From positions 55,000-118,999 of the forward strand of contig CAZJFL010000003.1 of assembly GCA_964545575.1 (NCBI GenBank): 64,000 bases of DNA, given 5' to 3'. The position numbers and the translations under genes are program-made. This DNA is from an uncultured Planctomycetales bacterium (lineage in GTDB: Bacteria > Omnitrophota > Gorgyraeia > Gygaellales > Profunditerraquicolaceae). Shown piece after piece: positions 54,789 through 64,000 of this stretch. The notes under the pieces are model-generated. The model was not told the DNA's origin, did not search any database, and saw only the letters and a list, made by a program, of their open reading frames with translations. Within the stretch, counting starts at the first letter, position 1; each line of letters opens with the position of its first letter.

Positions 54789-55919
54789 GATAAACCAAAG
54801 GCCGATGCTTGCCGCTATCCCCATAAACCCACCGAAATAAAACGGGGCGGCAGCACCCAGAAACTTCCAGAGTAACCCCGCCAATAATGAAGCGGGCAAT
54901 AATCCTATCCCGACAAAGGTAGCATGCAGGCCGATGGCAGTGGCGCGTAAATTAACCGGCGCCATATCTGTTACCAATGCCTTTTCTACGCCTTCGGTAA
55001 ATCCGATATACAACCCATAAACCCCGAATAAAACCCAGAACATATTTAAGGAATTATTCAGCGCAAACCCCAGATACACCAGCCCGTAGAAAAAATAACC
55101 CAAGACCAGGAGTTTCTTTCTGCCGATTCTATCGGAAATGCGGCTGGCCGGGTAGGCAACTGAAGCATAAACGGCATTATAAACCAGATAAAAGAGGATT
55201 ATCTGCGGGAGGGGGCTGCCCAGGTTTTTTGCGCGCAACAAGAGGAATTGGTTGGAAGAATTACCAAGCGTGAAGATAAAAGTAAAGATAAGGAAAAGTT
55301 TTAATCTTTTATCCAAGGCGCGCCACCTGAATTCTAATCTTTTAGAGAGGGCGGGCCTTTCTTGCGCCTTTTTTTCCCTGACAAAGAATAAAACCAGAAC
55401 TCCAAAAAATGCCGGAATAAGCGAGAATAAAAATACGTCTCTCAAAGGGCCCCTGAAACGGGTGACCAAAAAATAGGCTATGGCGACCCCTGCTGTCGCT
55501 CCCAAAGTATCCATGGCCCGATGCAGCCCAAAAGCAGCCCCGCGTTTTCCCTCTTTAGCGCTCTCTGCAATCAACGCATCCCGCGGAGCCGTGCGCACGC
55601 CTTTGCCGAAACGGTCGATTACCCTGCCGCATAAAACCATCCCCCAGCTCTGAGAAATATACAAAAATAATTTGCCGAGGGTAGAGCCGGTATAACCGAT
55701 TATAGTAAAAGGCTTCCTTAATTTTATCCTGTCGGAAAAATATCCTGAAAAAACCTTAAGCAGGCTGGCTAGGCTTTCGGCGATTCCTTCGATTAAACCC
55801 AGTATCGCCGGGCTGGCTCCGAGGACCGTGACTAAAAAAACCGGCAATATCGGATAGACCATTTCGCTGGAGATGTCGGTCAAGAGGCTGGTTATGCCGA
55901 GTAAAATAATATTGAACAT
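54774..55919 (-). CDS. MFS transporter
   Basis: DISSEM, DRFGKGVRTAPRDAL, G.HRAMDT.GA. Confidence 0.88.
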   Translation of the reverse strand: MFNIILLGITSLLTDISSEMVYPILPVFLVTVLGASPAILGLIEGIAESLASLLKVFSGYFSDRIKLRKPFTIIGYTGSTLGKLFLYISQSWGMVLCGRVIDRFGKGVRTAPRDALIAESAKEGKRGAAFGLHRAMDTLGATAGVAIAYFLVTRFRGPLRDVFLFSLIPAFFGVLVLFFVREKKAQERPALSKRLEFRWRALDKRLKLFLIFTFIFTLGNSSNQFLLLRAKNLGSPLPQIILFYLVYNAVYASVAYPASRISDRIGRKKLLVLGYFFYGLVYLGFALNNSLNMFWVLFGVYGLYIGFTEGVEKALVTDMAPVNLRATAIGLHATFVGIGLLPASLLAGLLWKFLGAAAPFYFGGFMGIAASIGLWFILRGI

Positions 55920-55920
55920 A

Positions 55921-56409
55921 TTATTCTAAATATTCCCGGGGGTCTTGGGGGATGCCGTTTTTTCTTACTTCAAAATGCAGGTGCGGCTGGATAGCGCGGT
56001 AATTGGCATTGCCGGTTTTGCCCACGCTTCCGATAAGCTCTCCCTGACGCACGAGCGCGTTTTTCTGCACGTAGATATCGGTAAGATGGCCGTAGATAGT
56101 AATCATGCTGCCGGGATGTTTGATCGCAATATAATTGCCCATCCCCTTACTGCTGGTGGCAGCGACCACTATCCCTGAGCGCGCCGCAAATACAGGCGAG
56201 CCGAGCGCAGCCAAGAGGTCGATACCCTGATGCAGCCTTCCTCCGCTACGCGGGCTACCGAATAAGCCATCTCCCATGGAATCGGAGCGGACAACCATCT
56301 TTACCTTGTATTCGATGGGAGAGAAAAAATAGCTTTTATCCAGGAAGTAAAGGCCGGCTACCAGATAAAACGGTAAAACTATCAGTAAAATTAATAATAT
56401 TTTTTTCAT
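55921..56409 (-). CDS. M23 family metallopeptidase
   Basis: HQGID, YGHL, PHLHFE. Confidence 0.9.
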   Translation of the reverse strand: MKKILLILLIVLPFYLVAGLYFLDKSYFFSPIEYKVKMVVRSDSMGDGLFGSPRSGGRLHQGIDLLAALGSPVFAARSGIVVAATSSKGMGNYIAIKHPGSMITIYGHLTDIYVQKNALVRQGELIGSVGKTGNANYRAIQPHLHFEVRKNGIPQDPREYLE

Positions 56410-56411
56410 GC

Positions 56412-57941
56412 TTATTTTTTAAAACGCACTATTATAGCATAGAGAATAAAAATCAAACAAGCTAAAATGAAGATATCCCCATAGCACGTATAAAGCGAAC
56501 GATTCTCACCCGATACAAAAACATCCTCCGTTTTATAGCCACGAATAAATATGCTCCTTCCCCGGCAATCACTCGCCAAAGAAACGATTTTACCGGAAGG
56601 CAAAATAAAAGCGGAAACTCCGGTATTGGCGGCACGGATAAGATTGATGCGGTTTTCTACGGCCCTGAATACCGAAGCCTGGAGATGCTGTAAGGGCGCA
56701 GATGTTCTTTTGTACCAGGCATCATTAGTGATGTTGACCAAGAAGTCCGCCCCTCTCCTCCTGAATTCCCGGCTCAATTCGGGGAATAAGTCTTCGAAGC
56801 AAACCAAGACCGCAAACTTAAGCAGGAGCTGTGAACTTGACTCCGGAAGCTTAAAAATTGTATAATCTTTGCCGGGGGCGACTTCTCCGATAGGCACGAC
56901 AGTCTCTAGGAAACCGAATATATTTTTTAAGGGCACATATTCCCCGAAAGGAACCAGATGCAATTTATTATAGCGCCCTAGCAGCTCTCCCCGGGAGGAA
57001 ACCAGGAGCGCGCTATTGTAATAGGTGCCTCCTTGCGAGACGACCGCTCCGAAGAGCAGGGGCGTTTTAACGCTCTCTGCAAAGAGCTTTATTTTTTCAA
57101 AATATCGCGGTTCCTCCCCGATGATGGCAGGGCTGGCTGCCTCAGGCCAGACGATTAAATCCGGTTTTTCTTTGGCGGCCGAACTGCTTAAAGCAAAATA
57201 TTCGCCAAAGATAAAATCCTTAGCCTGCGTATCCCATTTTAGATTCTGGGGGATGTTAGCTTGGATTACGGATATTTTGGTTGAGAATTCATAGTTCTTA
57301 GTTTGTAGTAATTTGTAATAACCGTAAGTCAGAGAAATAATTAAACAAAAAATGGGCAATATATATATCTTTAGACTTTGAACCCTGAACTCTGAACGAC
57401 GAACTAATAAATAGCATGCTATATTGACTAACATAATCAAAAACGACACTCCCCAGGCTCCGGTAATATCGGCTATCTGAATCGCCGGCAAATTAAGGTA
57501 CTGGGAATAACCTAATAAGGCCCAAGGAAACCCGGTTAAGAGGTGGCTACGTAAATATTCCAATAAAACCCAGAGGGAAGGAAGCAATAGTAGGGAGTAG
57601 ATAGTAGGTAAGGTGTAGGAGACGGCCAGGCCGAAGAAACCGAAATATAAAGCAAGATATAAAATAAGCAGGATCGTGCCGGGTAAAGTTACGTGGATCA
57701 GCCAGTAAATAGTGCCACTCCAAAATATTACGCCCGTAAAATAGGAGAGTAAAAATGCCTGGGTTCTATTCTTGCCTTCTAACACAAAAAATAACGGCAC
57801 AAACCCAAACCACGCAAAAATCCAAAGATTAAAGTTCGGAAAAGAAAGGATAAGCAGAATTGAAGATAGGACGCATAAGAGCAATTGCTTGGCGATAGGC
57901 GATAGGCGATAGGCGCTATGCGAACTCATCTGCCGCAGCAC
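56412..57941 (-). CDS. lnt: Apolipoprotein N-acyltransferase
   Basis: [33 protein letters not shown]. Confidence 0.93.
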   Translation of the reverse strand: MLRQMSSHSAYRLSPIAKQLLLCVLSSILLILSFPNFNLWIFAWFGFVPLFFVLEGKNRTQAFLLSYFTGVIFWSGTIYWLIHVTLPGTILLILYLALYFGFFGLAVSYTLPTIYSLLLLPSLWVLLEYLRSHLLTGFPWALLGYSQYLNLPAIQIADITGAWGVSFLIMLVNIACYLLVRRSEFRVQSLKIYILPIFCLIISLTYGYYKLLQTKNYEFSTKISVIQANIPQNLKWDTQAKDFIFGEYFALSSSAAKEKPDLIVWPEAASPAIIGEEPRYFEKIKLFAESVKTPLLFGAVVSQGGTYYNSALLVSSRGELLGRYNKLHLVPFGEYVPLKNIFGFLETVVPIGEVAPGKDYTIFKLPESSSQLLLKFAVLVCFEDLFPELSREFRRRGADFLVNITNDAWYKRTSAPLQHLQASVFRAVENRINLIRAANTGVSAFILPSGKIVSLASDCRGRSIFIRGYKTEDVFVSGENRSLYTCYGDIFILACLIFILYAIIVRFKK

Positions 57942-60850
57942 TTTTTATATTTTTTGCCCGAATGGCACGGGCAGGGATCATTACGTCCGACTTTGGGCTG
58001 TGCTCTTTGGGGGGCAATAGGCTGCGCTCGGGGCGGGCTGGAAAGATTTTCTTCTCCTAGTAACTTTTCTGCAGGGGCTTCCATTTTAGCAAGCTCCGGA
58101 TGCAACAATTCTTGCGCTACTGAGCTAAAAACACCCCTTATTCTCTCCGGCCTTACCGGCTGTAGTTTAAAAACCGCCTCTACCGCCTCTTCCTCAATAC
58201 TGGAAATCAGCCGGCCGAACATATCAAATGCCTCGCGCTTGTATTCTATCAGCGGGTCGCGCTGGCCGTAAGCCCTGAGGCCTATGCCTTCACGCAGGCT
58301 ATCCATGGCATAGAGGTGGTCTTTCCATTTGCTATCGATAACCTGCAGAAAAACCATGTATTCCAGATGCCGCATCAGTTCGGCGCCCAGTTTTTTTTCT
58401 TTTTCTGCATAGGCAGCCGCGGCTTTCTCATAGAGGTGTTCTTTAATTTTAGCGCCGGCGGAGTTTTCCAGGGAAGATAAGTCTAACTCCAGGCCAAACT
58501 TTAATTTTATTTTCCCGGAAAGTTCTGCGCTACCGGCTGCCTGCCGGACAGCATCGCCGAAATGGGTATTCACAATACCCTCAATCACCTTATCGGTTAT
58601 CCCGAGAATATCTTCTTTTAAAGACACTCCTTCCAGCACCGCCCTGCGCTGGCCGTAGATAACTTCTCTCTGTTTATTCATGACATTGTCGTATTCTAAG
58701 AGCTGCTTTCTGATTTCAAAATTATGCTGCTCCACCCTCCTTTGGGCGATTTCAATAGAGCCGGTTACCCAGGGATGTTCAATGACCTGCCCCTCCTCTA
58801 GGCCGAGCTTATCCATCATGCCGATAATCCGGTCAGAGCCAAAAAGCCGCATCAGTTCATCCCCTAAAGAAACATAAAATCTGGACGAGCCGGGATCCCC
58901 CTGCCTTCCGGAGCGGCCGCGCAGCTGGTTATCGATGCGCCGGGCTTCATGGCGTTCCGTGCCTAAAACGTGCAATCCGGCGAGGGCGACCACTTTTTCG
59001 TGCTCTACCTGGGTTTCCTTTTTATACCCCTCCAATATTTTTTTATACCCCTCTTGATAGAGAGGGTCGTCGGCAGCCAGCTTCTCTTTGGCCAGGCTAC
59101 GCGCCATAAACTCCGGGTTGCCGCCTAATAAAATATCGGTTCCGCGGCCGGCCATATTGGTGGCGATGGTTACCGCTTGATACCTGCCTGCCTGGGCAAC
59201 GATTTGCGCTTCCATTTCATGATATTTGGCATTCAGGACCTGATGCGGTATCCCGCGTACCTTAAGCATCTCCGAGAGCCGTTCTGATCTATCTATGGAG
59301 ATGGTGCCGACCAAAACCGGCCTGCCCTTTTTATATAATTCAGAGATTTCCTCGACCACGGCAGCAAACTTTTCCTTTTCCGTCTTATAAATCCGGTCGG
59401 CGTAGTTTGTGCGCAGGAGCTTGCAGTTGGTCGGAATGACCACTACATCCAGTCTATATATCGCCTTGAACTCATTAGCTTCGGTAAAAGCGGTGCCGGT
59501 CATGCCGGCTAATTTCTCATACATGCGGAAGTAATTCTGGAAAGTAATCGTGGCTAAGGTTTGGTTTTCGCGTTCGATCTTTAAGCCTTCTTTTGCCTCT
59601 ACTGCCTGATGCAGCCCGTCTGACCAGCGCCGGCCAGGCATCATCCTGCCGGTAAATTCATCCACGATAATCACCTGGCCGTCTTTTACCACATAATCCA
59701 CATCTTTTTCGTAAAGGTTATGCGCAGAGAGTGCCTGAATCAGGTGGTGCCGCCACTCCATGGTCTCGACATCATGGAGGTTAGCGATATTAAGCATCTT
59801 ACAGGCTTTTGCTTCCCCTTGTTCGGTAAGATAGGCAGCGTGCTCTTTATGGTCGACGATATAGTCGAAGCCTTTAGTGAGGTCTTCGCCTTTATACTTT
59901 GCGCTAATGGCGTCCTTTTCCAAAATCTCTTTACCTTTTAAGTGCGGGATGGTCTTGTCCACGATATAATATTTATCGGTAGACTCGTCAGCCGCTCCGG
60001 AAATAATCAAAGGCGTGCGCGCCTCGTCAATCAGGATGGAATCCACCTCATCCACAATAGCGTAGAAAAACGGCCGCTGCACTAAATCCTCTAAGCTGTA
60101 TTTCATATTATCGCGCAGGTAATCGAAGCCGAATTCGTTATTGGTGCCGTAGGTGATATCGCAGGCGTAGGCCTTTTTTCTTTCTTCGTCGGACATCTCA
60201 TGCTGTATCACTCCCACGGTCAACCCTAAAAACTCATAAATCGGCCCCATCCATTCGCGGTCGCGGCGGGCTAAATAATCATTGACGGTGACGATATGCA
60301 CGCCTTTACCAAGCAGCGCATTTAAATATGCGGATAGCGTTGCCACCAGCGTCTTTCCTTCTCCGGTAGCCATCTCGGAGATTTTACCTTCGTGCAGGAT
60401 GATGCCGCCGGCAAGCTGCACGTCGAAATGCCGCAGGCCGATGGTGCGCCGGGACGCCTCTCTGACCACGCTGAAGGTCTCCGGTAATACCTGCTCAAAG
60501 ATTTTATTGCGGGTATTTTTAAGCTTCTCTTTTATTTTATCCCGTTCCTCGGCAATGGCGGCTAAAGACAGCGCTTCTTCTAATTCCTTAATCTCCGATT
60601 CGTATTCCGCGGATTTTTTAAACAGGACTTGCTTGAATTCTTCTGTCTTTTTTCTTAATTGCTCGTCCGACAGGCCGCTTATTTTCGGCTCCAGGGCGTT
60701 GATAGCAGCCACGGTCTTAGCCACTTCCGCCATTTTATTGACCGAAGGACTCGGCATTTCAGCATGCAGGATGATATTCACCGCGGGGGATTGCCTGCGG
60801 ATAACTTTTTGCTTCTGATTTAAAATGGTTTTCTTGATAAAGCCTAACAT
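57926..60850 (-). CDS. secA: Preprotein translocase ATPase SecA
   Basis: [57 protein letters not shown]. Confidence 0.97.
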   Translation of the reverse strand: MLGFIKKTILNQKQKVIRRQSPAVNIILHAEMPSPSVNKMAEVAKTVAAINALEPKISGLSDEQLRKKTEEFKQVLFKKSAEYESEIKELEEALSLAAIAEERDKIKEKLKNTRNKIFEQVLPETFSVVREASRRTIGLRHFDVQLAGGIILHEGKISEMATGEGKTLVATLSAYLNALLGKGVHIVTVNDYLARRDREWMGPIYEFLGLTVGVIQHEMSDEERKKAYACDITYGTNNEFGFDYLRDNMKYSLEDLVQRPFFYAIVDEVDSILIDEARTPLIISGAADESTDKYYIVDKTIPHLKGKEILEKDAISAKYKGEDLTKGFDYIVDHKEHAAYLTEQGEAKACKMLNIANLHDVETMEWRHHLIQALSAHNLYEKDVDYVVKDGQVIIVDEFTGRMMPGRRWSDGLHQAVEAKEGLKIERENQTLATITFQNYFRMYEKLAGMTGTAFTEANEFKAIYRLDVVVIPTNCKLLRTNYADRIYKTEKEKFAAVVEEISELYKKGRPVLVGTISIDRSERLSEMLKVRGIPHQVLNAKYHEMEAQIVAQAGRYQAVTIATNMAGRGTDILLGGNPEFMARSLAKEKLAADDPLYQEGYKKILEGYKKETQVEHEKVVALAGLHVLGTERHEARRIDNQLRGRSGRQGDPGSSRFYVSLGDELMRLFGSDRIIGMMDKLGLEEGQVIEHPWVTGSIEIAQRRVEQHNFEIRKQLLEYDNVMNKQREVIYGQRRAVLEGVSLKEDILGITDKVIEGIVNTHFGDAVRQAAGSAELSGKIKLKFGLELDLSSLENSAGAKIKEHLYEKAAAAYAEKEKKLGAELMRHLEYMVFLQVIDSKWKDHLYAMDSLREGIGLRAYGQRDPLIEYKREAFDMFGRLISSIEEEAVEAVFKLQPVRPERIRGVFSSVAQELLHPELAKMEAPAEKLLGEENLSSPPRAQPIAPQRAQPKVGRNDPCPCHSGKKYKKCCGR

Positions 60851-61936
60851 TTTTTCTTTAAATATACCTCGATAAACTCGTCTATCCCGCCGTCCAGCAC
60901 TTTGCCTGCATCGCCGGTCTCATAATCCGTGCGGTGGTCTTTTACCAGCGTATAAGGATGCAAGACATAGGAGCGGATCTGGCTGCCCCATTCGATTTTC
61001 TTTTTTTCAGCACCCTGCTTTGCCAGCTCACGCTCTTTCTTTTCCCGCCCTAATTCCCAGATGCGCGCCTTTAATATTTTTAAAGCGGTCTGTTTATTCT
61101 GATATTGCGAACGTTCGTTCTGGCATTGCGCCACCAGCCCCGTAGGGACGTGGGTGATCCTGACCGCGGAATCCGTGGTATTGACGCTCTGGCCGCCGGC
61201 TCCTTTGGAACGGTAAACTTCAATACGCAGGTCTTTCTCTTCCAAATTCACCTCGGCGTCTTCTTCTATTTCCGGAATGACATCCACGGAAGCAAAAGAA
61301 GTATGCCGGCGTTTGTTGGCATCAAACGGCGATATCCTCACCAGGCGGTGCACCCCGCGCTCAGCCTTAAGATAACCGTAGGCATAATCTCCTTCGATAA
61401 GCACGGTTACGTTTTTAATCCCGGCTTCTTCCCCGTAGAGCACGTCTATGGTTTCTACGCTCCAGCCGTGATTTTGGGCGAAACGGCTGTACATGCGCAA
61501 AATCATCCCCACCCAGTCGCAGGACTCTGTGCCGCCTGCGCCGGCATTGATACTTAAAATGGCGCTATTCTTGTCTAATTCAGCGCCCAAAAACGCATTA
61601 AACTCTAATTTATCCAGCTCGTTTAAAAGCAGATCAACGCTCTTGTTTAAGTCCGCGCATAACTGCTCATCTTCTTCTTTTAAGATGCTGCTTAACTCCT
61701 CTGCTTCCTGGTATTTCTTAAAAGCGTTTTCCCACGGCTCCACCAGAGCCTTGATGGCTTTTAGCTGCCGGACTACTTTCGTAGACTCCTGGGCATCATC
61801 CCAGAATCCGGGCTCTGACATCCGCGAAGATAGCTCTGCAATCAATTTATTTTTATTCTCTATGTCAAAGATAACCTCTTAAATTATTCAGGTGGGTAGA
61901 TACAGATGAGAGTTTGGATTTGATTTCTTCCAGCAT
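60844..61936 (-). CDS. prfB: Peptide chain release factor 2 with programmed +1 frameshift
   Basis: Frame 0 MLEEIK...LRGYL ends at AGAGG-TTAT-CTT-TGA-C (about 61864-61879); the +1 frame carries SPF and GGQ. Confidence 0.95.
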
Positions 61937-61963
61937 CTTTGGCCTCCGTGATTTTAAAGCTGA

Positions 61964-63037
61964 TTAAACTTTTCTGATGCCCTTTAAGGAAAGGATAAAC
62001 TCGTCTTTATTATCGGAGAAGGCCATGGCTTCTTCTTCGCTAATCTTTCCCGCTTCCGAGAGCTTAACCAGCGACTGGGTAAAAGACTGCATCCCGAAGA
62101 TAGAGCCTTCTTCGATGAACTTAGGAATCTCGACCACGTTTCCTTCCCTGATTAAACGGCTGATCGTGGGTGTCAGGAGCATGATTTCATAGGCCGGGAT
62201 ACGCCCGGACTGACCCTTTAAGGGAACCAGCCGCAAAGAGATTACGCCTTTTAACAAGGTTGCCAGCTGCATATGTACCTGATGATGCTGGTGCGGCGGG
62301 AAAAAATTGGTAATGCGCTCGACGCTCTGCGCGGCATTGATGGTGTGCAGGGTGCTTAAAACCAGGACCCCTGTCTCTGCCGCAGTCAGGGCCGCAGCCA
62401 TGGTCTCCGGGTCGCGGATGTTGGCAATATAAATCACATCCGGGCTCTGCAGGGTAAATGCGCGCAGCGCCGTAGCATAAGAGAGCACGTCCAGCCCCAG
62501 CTCTCTCTGATTGATAATGGAGCCTTTGTCCTTGAAGGTGAACTCAATGGGCTCTTCTATGGTCAGGATGTGCTTTTTGGTATTGCTGTTAATGTACTCA
62601 AGCATGCTGGCGATAGCGGTAGACTTGCCGCTGCCGGTGCTTCCGGTCAAAAGGACTAACCCCCTGGTTTCCAGGCATAACTTTTTTAATACCTCGGCGG
62701 GGAGGTTCAGTTCTTGGAAATTAGCGATGGTATTGCGTATGTTCCTGATCACGAAAGCCGGCCAGTTCCGCTGCATAAAAATGCTTATGCGCAGGCGCCT
62801 GTCCAGCTCTTGCGAAAATAAAGCAAAATCTATATCTAAATTATTTTTTAGTTTTTCTCTTTGCTCTGGGGTAGTGATTTCTTCTACCGCTTTTACGACA
62901 TCATCTATAGTAAGGGCCTCTTCTCCCAGCGCCGTAATATGCCCGTCTACCCTTAAGCGCGGGGGGCTGCCAGCGCGACAGAATAAATCCGAAGCATCCT
63001 GCCTTACCATCTCTTCTAATAATTTCTTGGTTTTCAT
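61964..63037 (-). CDS. PilT/PilU type IV pilus retraction ATPase
   Basis: ASDL, GSTGSGKST, TIEEPIEF, INQRE, AAETG.LV.STLHT, GMQSF; start may be GTG 63055. Confidence 0.9.
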   Translation of the reverse strand: MKTKKLLEEMVRQDASDLFCRAGSPPRLRVDGHITALGEEALTIDDVVKAVEEITTPEQREKLKNNLDIDFALFSQELDRRLRISIFMQRNWPAFVIRNIRNTIANFQELNLPAEVLKKLCLETRGLVLLTGSTGSGKSTAIASMLEYINSNTKKHILTIEEPIEFTFKDKGSIINQRELGLDVLSYATALRAFTLQSPDVIYIANIRDPETMAAALTAAETGVLVLSTLHTINAAQSVERITNFFPPHQHHQVHMQLATLLKGVISLRLVPLKGQSGRIPAYEIMLLTPTISRLIREGNVVEIPKFIEEGSIFGMQSFTQSLVKLSEAGKISEEEAMAFSDNKDEFILSLKGIRKV

Positions 63038-63058
63038 CGGCTCGTCCCTCCTCACTTA

Positions 63059-63331
63059 TTATAGCATTAACTTCTTAATTTGTCTCTCCAGATTTAACAA
63101 CGCTGCTTTTTTCTTCTTTCCCCAAACATAGCCGCCGACTCCTGCGCTAGATGTCACCACGCGGTGGCAGGGGATGAATAAGGGACAAGGGCTATTTTTT
63201 AATACCTGCCCGACAGCGCGCTGGGCCCTGGGAGAACCTGCTTTTTTGGCCACCCACTTGTAGGTACGGACTTCGCCTAACGGAATAGCTGCCACAACCC
63301 GATATACTCGTTTTGCGAAAGGAGTCATCAT
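63059..63331 (-). CDS. ogt: Methylated-DNA-protein-cysteine methyltransferase (MGMT)
   Basis: IPLGEVRTY, RAVG, IPCHRVV. Confidence 0.88.
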   Translation of the reverse strand: MMTPFAKRVYRVVAAIPLGEVRTYKWVAKKAGSPRAQRAVGQVLKNSPCPLFIPCHRVVTSSAGVGGYVWGKKKKAALLNLERQIKKLML

Positions 63332-63333
63332 TT

Positions 63334-63462
63334 TAAACTCTAAACCCTAAACACTAAACCCTAAACAAATTCTAATTTATAAATTCTAAACTTGCCAGTT
63401 TAGGACATTAGGATTTGGAATTTGGGATTTGTTTAGAGTTTAGGATTTCGGATTTAGGATTT
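63334..63462. repeat. Inverted array of degenerate heptamers (CCTAAAC / GTTTAGG type)
   Basis: taaactctaaaccctaaacactaaaccctaaacaaat ... atttgtttagagtttaggatttcggatttagg. Confidence 0.7.
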
Positions 63463-64000
63463 AACATTATTTGCCAATAATTTTTTATGCCGTAACAAGT
63501 GGTGGTATTTAATCGCAAAGCGGTGCGCTTCGTCGCGGATCCTGCGTATTAGATTCAAGGCCGGGGTATCGGCTTTTAGCTTTATGGGATTATCCTTGGC
63601 CGGCAGGTATATATTCTCCCTATCCTTGGCCAGGCTGATTAAGTCAACATGCAAAGCTAAGGCTTTTATTACCCTGGCTGCCACGGCAAGGTGCCCCCTG
63701 CCTCCGTCGATCAGGATTAAATCCGGCAAGGAAAGGCCCTCTGCCAACAGCCTGGAATAGCGCCTCTGGATTACTTCTCTGAGCATCCCGTAATCGTCTA
63801 TATTTTTGACGGTCTTAATGCGGAAACGACGGTAGTTATTCTTATCGGAATTACCCCGGTAAAAACTTACCATTGAGCCGCAGGCACCGGCTCCGGAAAT
63901 ATTGGATATATCAAAAGCCTCGATGCGCTCCGGAAGTTTATGCATCCTTAGCAGGTTTTTTAAATCTTGGAGCTCATCAATGCTTGTTTTCTCTTGCCCC
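63454..64000 (-). CDS. uvrC: Excinuclease ABC subunit C (C-terminal part; 5' end outside the window)
   Basis: RIEAFDISN, YRRFRIK, DDY.M, PDLILIDGGRGH, RIRDEAHRFAI.YH. Confidence 0.92.
   Translation of the reverse strand, partial: GQEKTSIDELQDLKNLLRMHKLPERIEAFDISNISGAGACGSMVSFYRGNSDKNNYRRFRIKTVKNIDDYGMLREVIQRRYSRLLAEGLSLPDLILIDGGRGHLAVAARVIKALALHVDLISLAKDRENIYLPAKDNPIKLKADTPALNLIRRIRDEAHRFAIKYHHLLRHKKLLANNVKS

Noticed and set aside
603-63131. Numerous short ORFs antisense or out of frame to confident genes (for example 996-1712, 46082-46669, 62511-63131)
   Set aside because: They overlap well-supported CDSs and show no recognisable motifs; treated as shadow ORFs.
63334-63462. CRISPR array
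   Set aside because: 7-bp degenerate period with no unique spacers and no cas genes.

Overview
64 kb of a diderm, anaerobic bacterium (Rnf complex, superoxide reductase/FprA, lipid A acyltransferase, Lnt, Wza). Gene content and style suggest Omnitrophota (OP3), but that is inference only. Most genes are on the minus strand. The accessory left 20 kb reads, in transcription order: a sigma70 promoter, a c-di-GMP-I riboswitch with terminator, a 1524-aa TpsA/filamentous-haemagglutinin-like adhesin, a RAYT transposase remnant, a candidate RiPP cluster, and a Wza/Wzc/ExeA/degenerate HD-GYP/Wzy-WaaL/DegT polysaccharide locus. The RiPP cluster has a PqqD/RRE protein, an 86-aa Cys-containing precursor ending in Ser, two radical SAM/SPASM enzymes, an HPr-kinase-like protein, an ABC exporter and an S24/S26 peptidase-nucleotidyltransferase fusion. 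The rest is largely housekeeping: ftsH, purN, rnfCGDEAB, tRNA-Thr(CGT), an Rrf2-headed oxidative-stress operon, thiE, a NikR-headed ECF metal-uptake operon with a nonsense codon in its ATPase, three ArsB/NhaD-type transporters, lnt, secA, frameshifted prfB, pilT, ogt and partial uvrC. Items missing from the ORF track include a rubredoxin, a bL37-like 26-aa basic peptide, a possible thiM deletion scar and at least three families of small palindromic or heptameric repeats, some nested and some inserted in frame in genes. All calls come from reading motifs by eye; no database searches were run.
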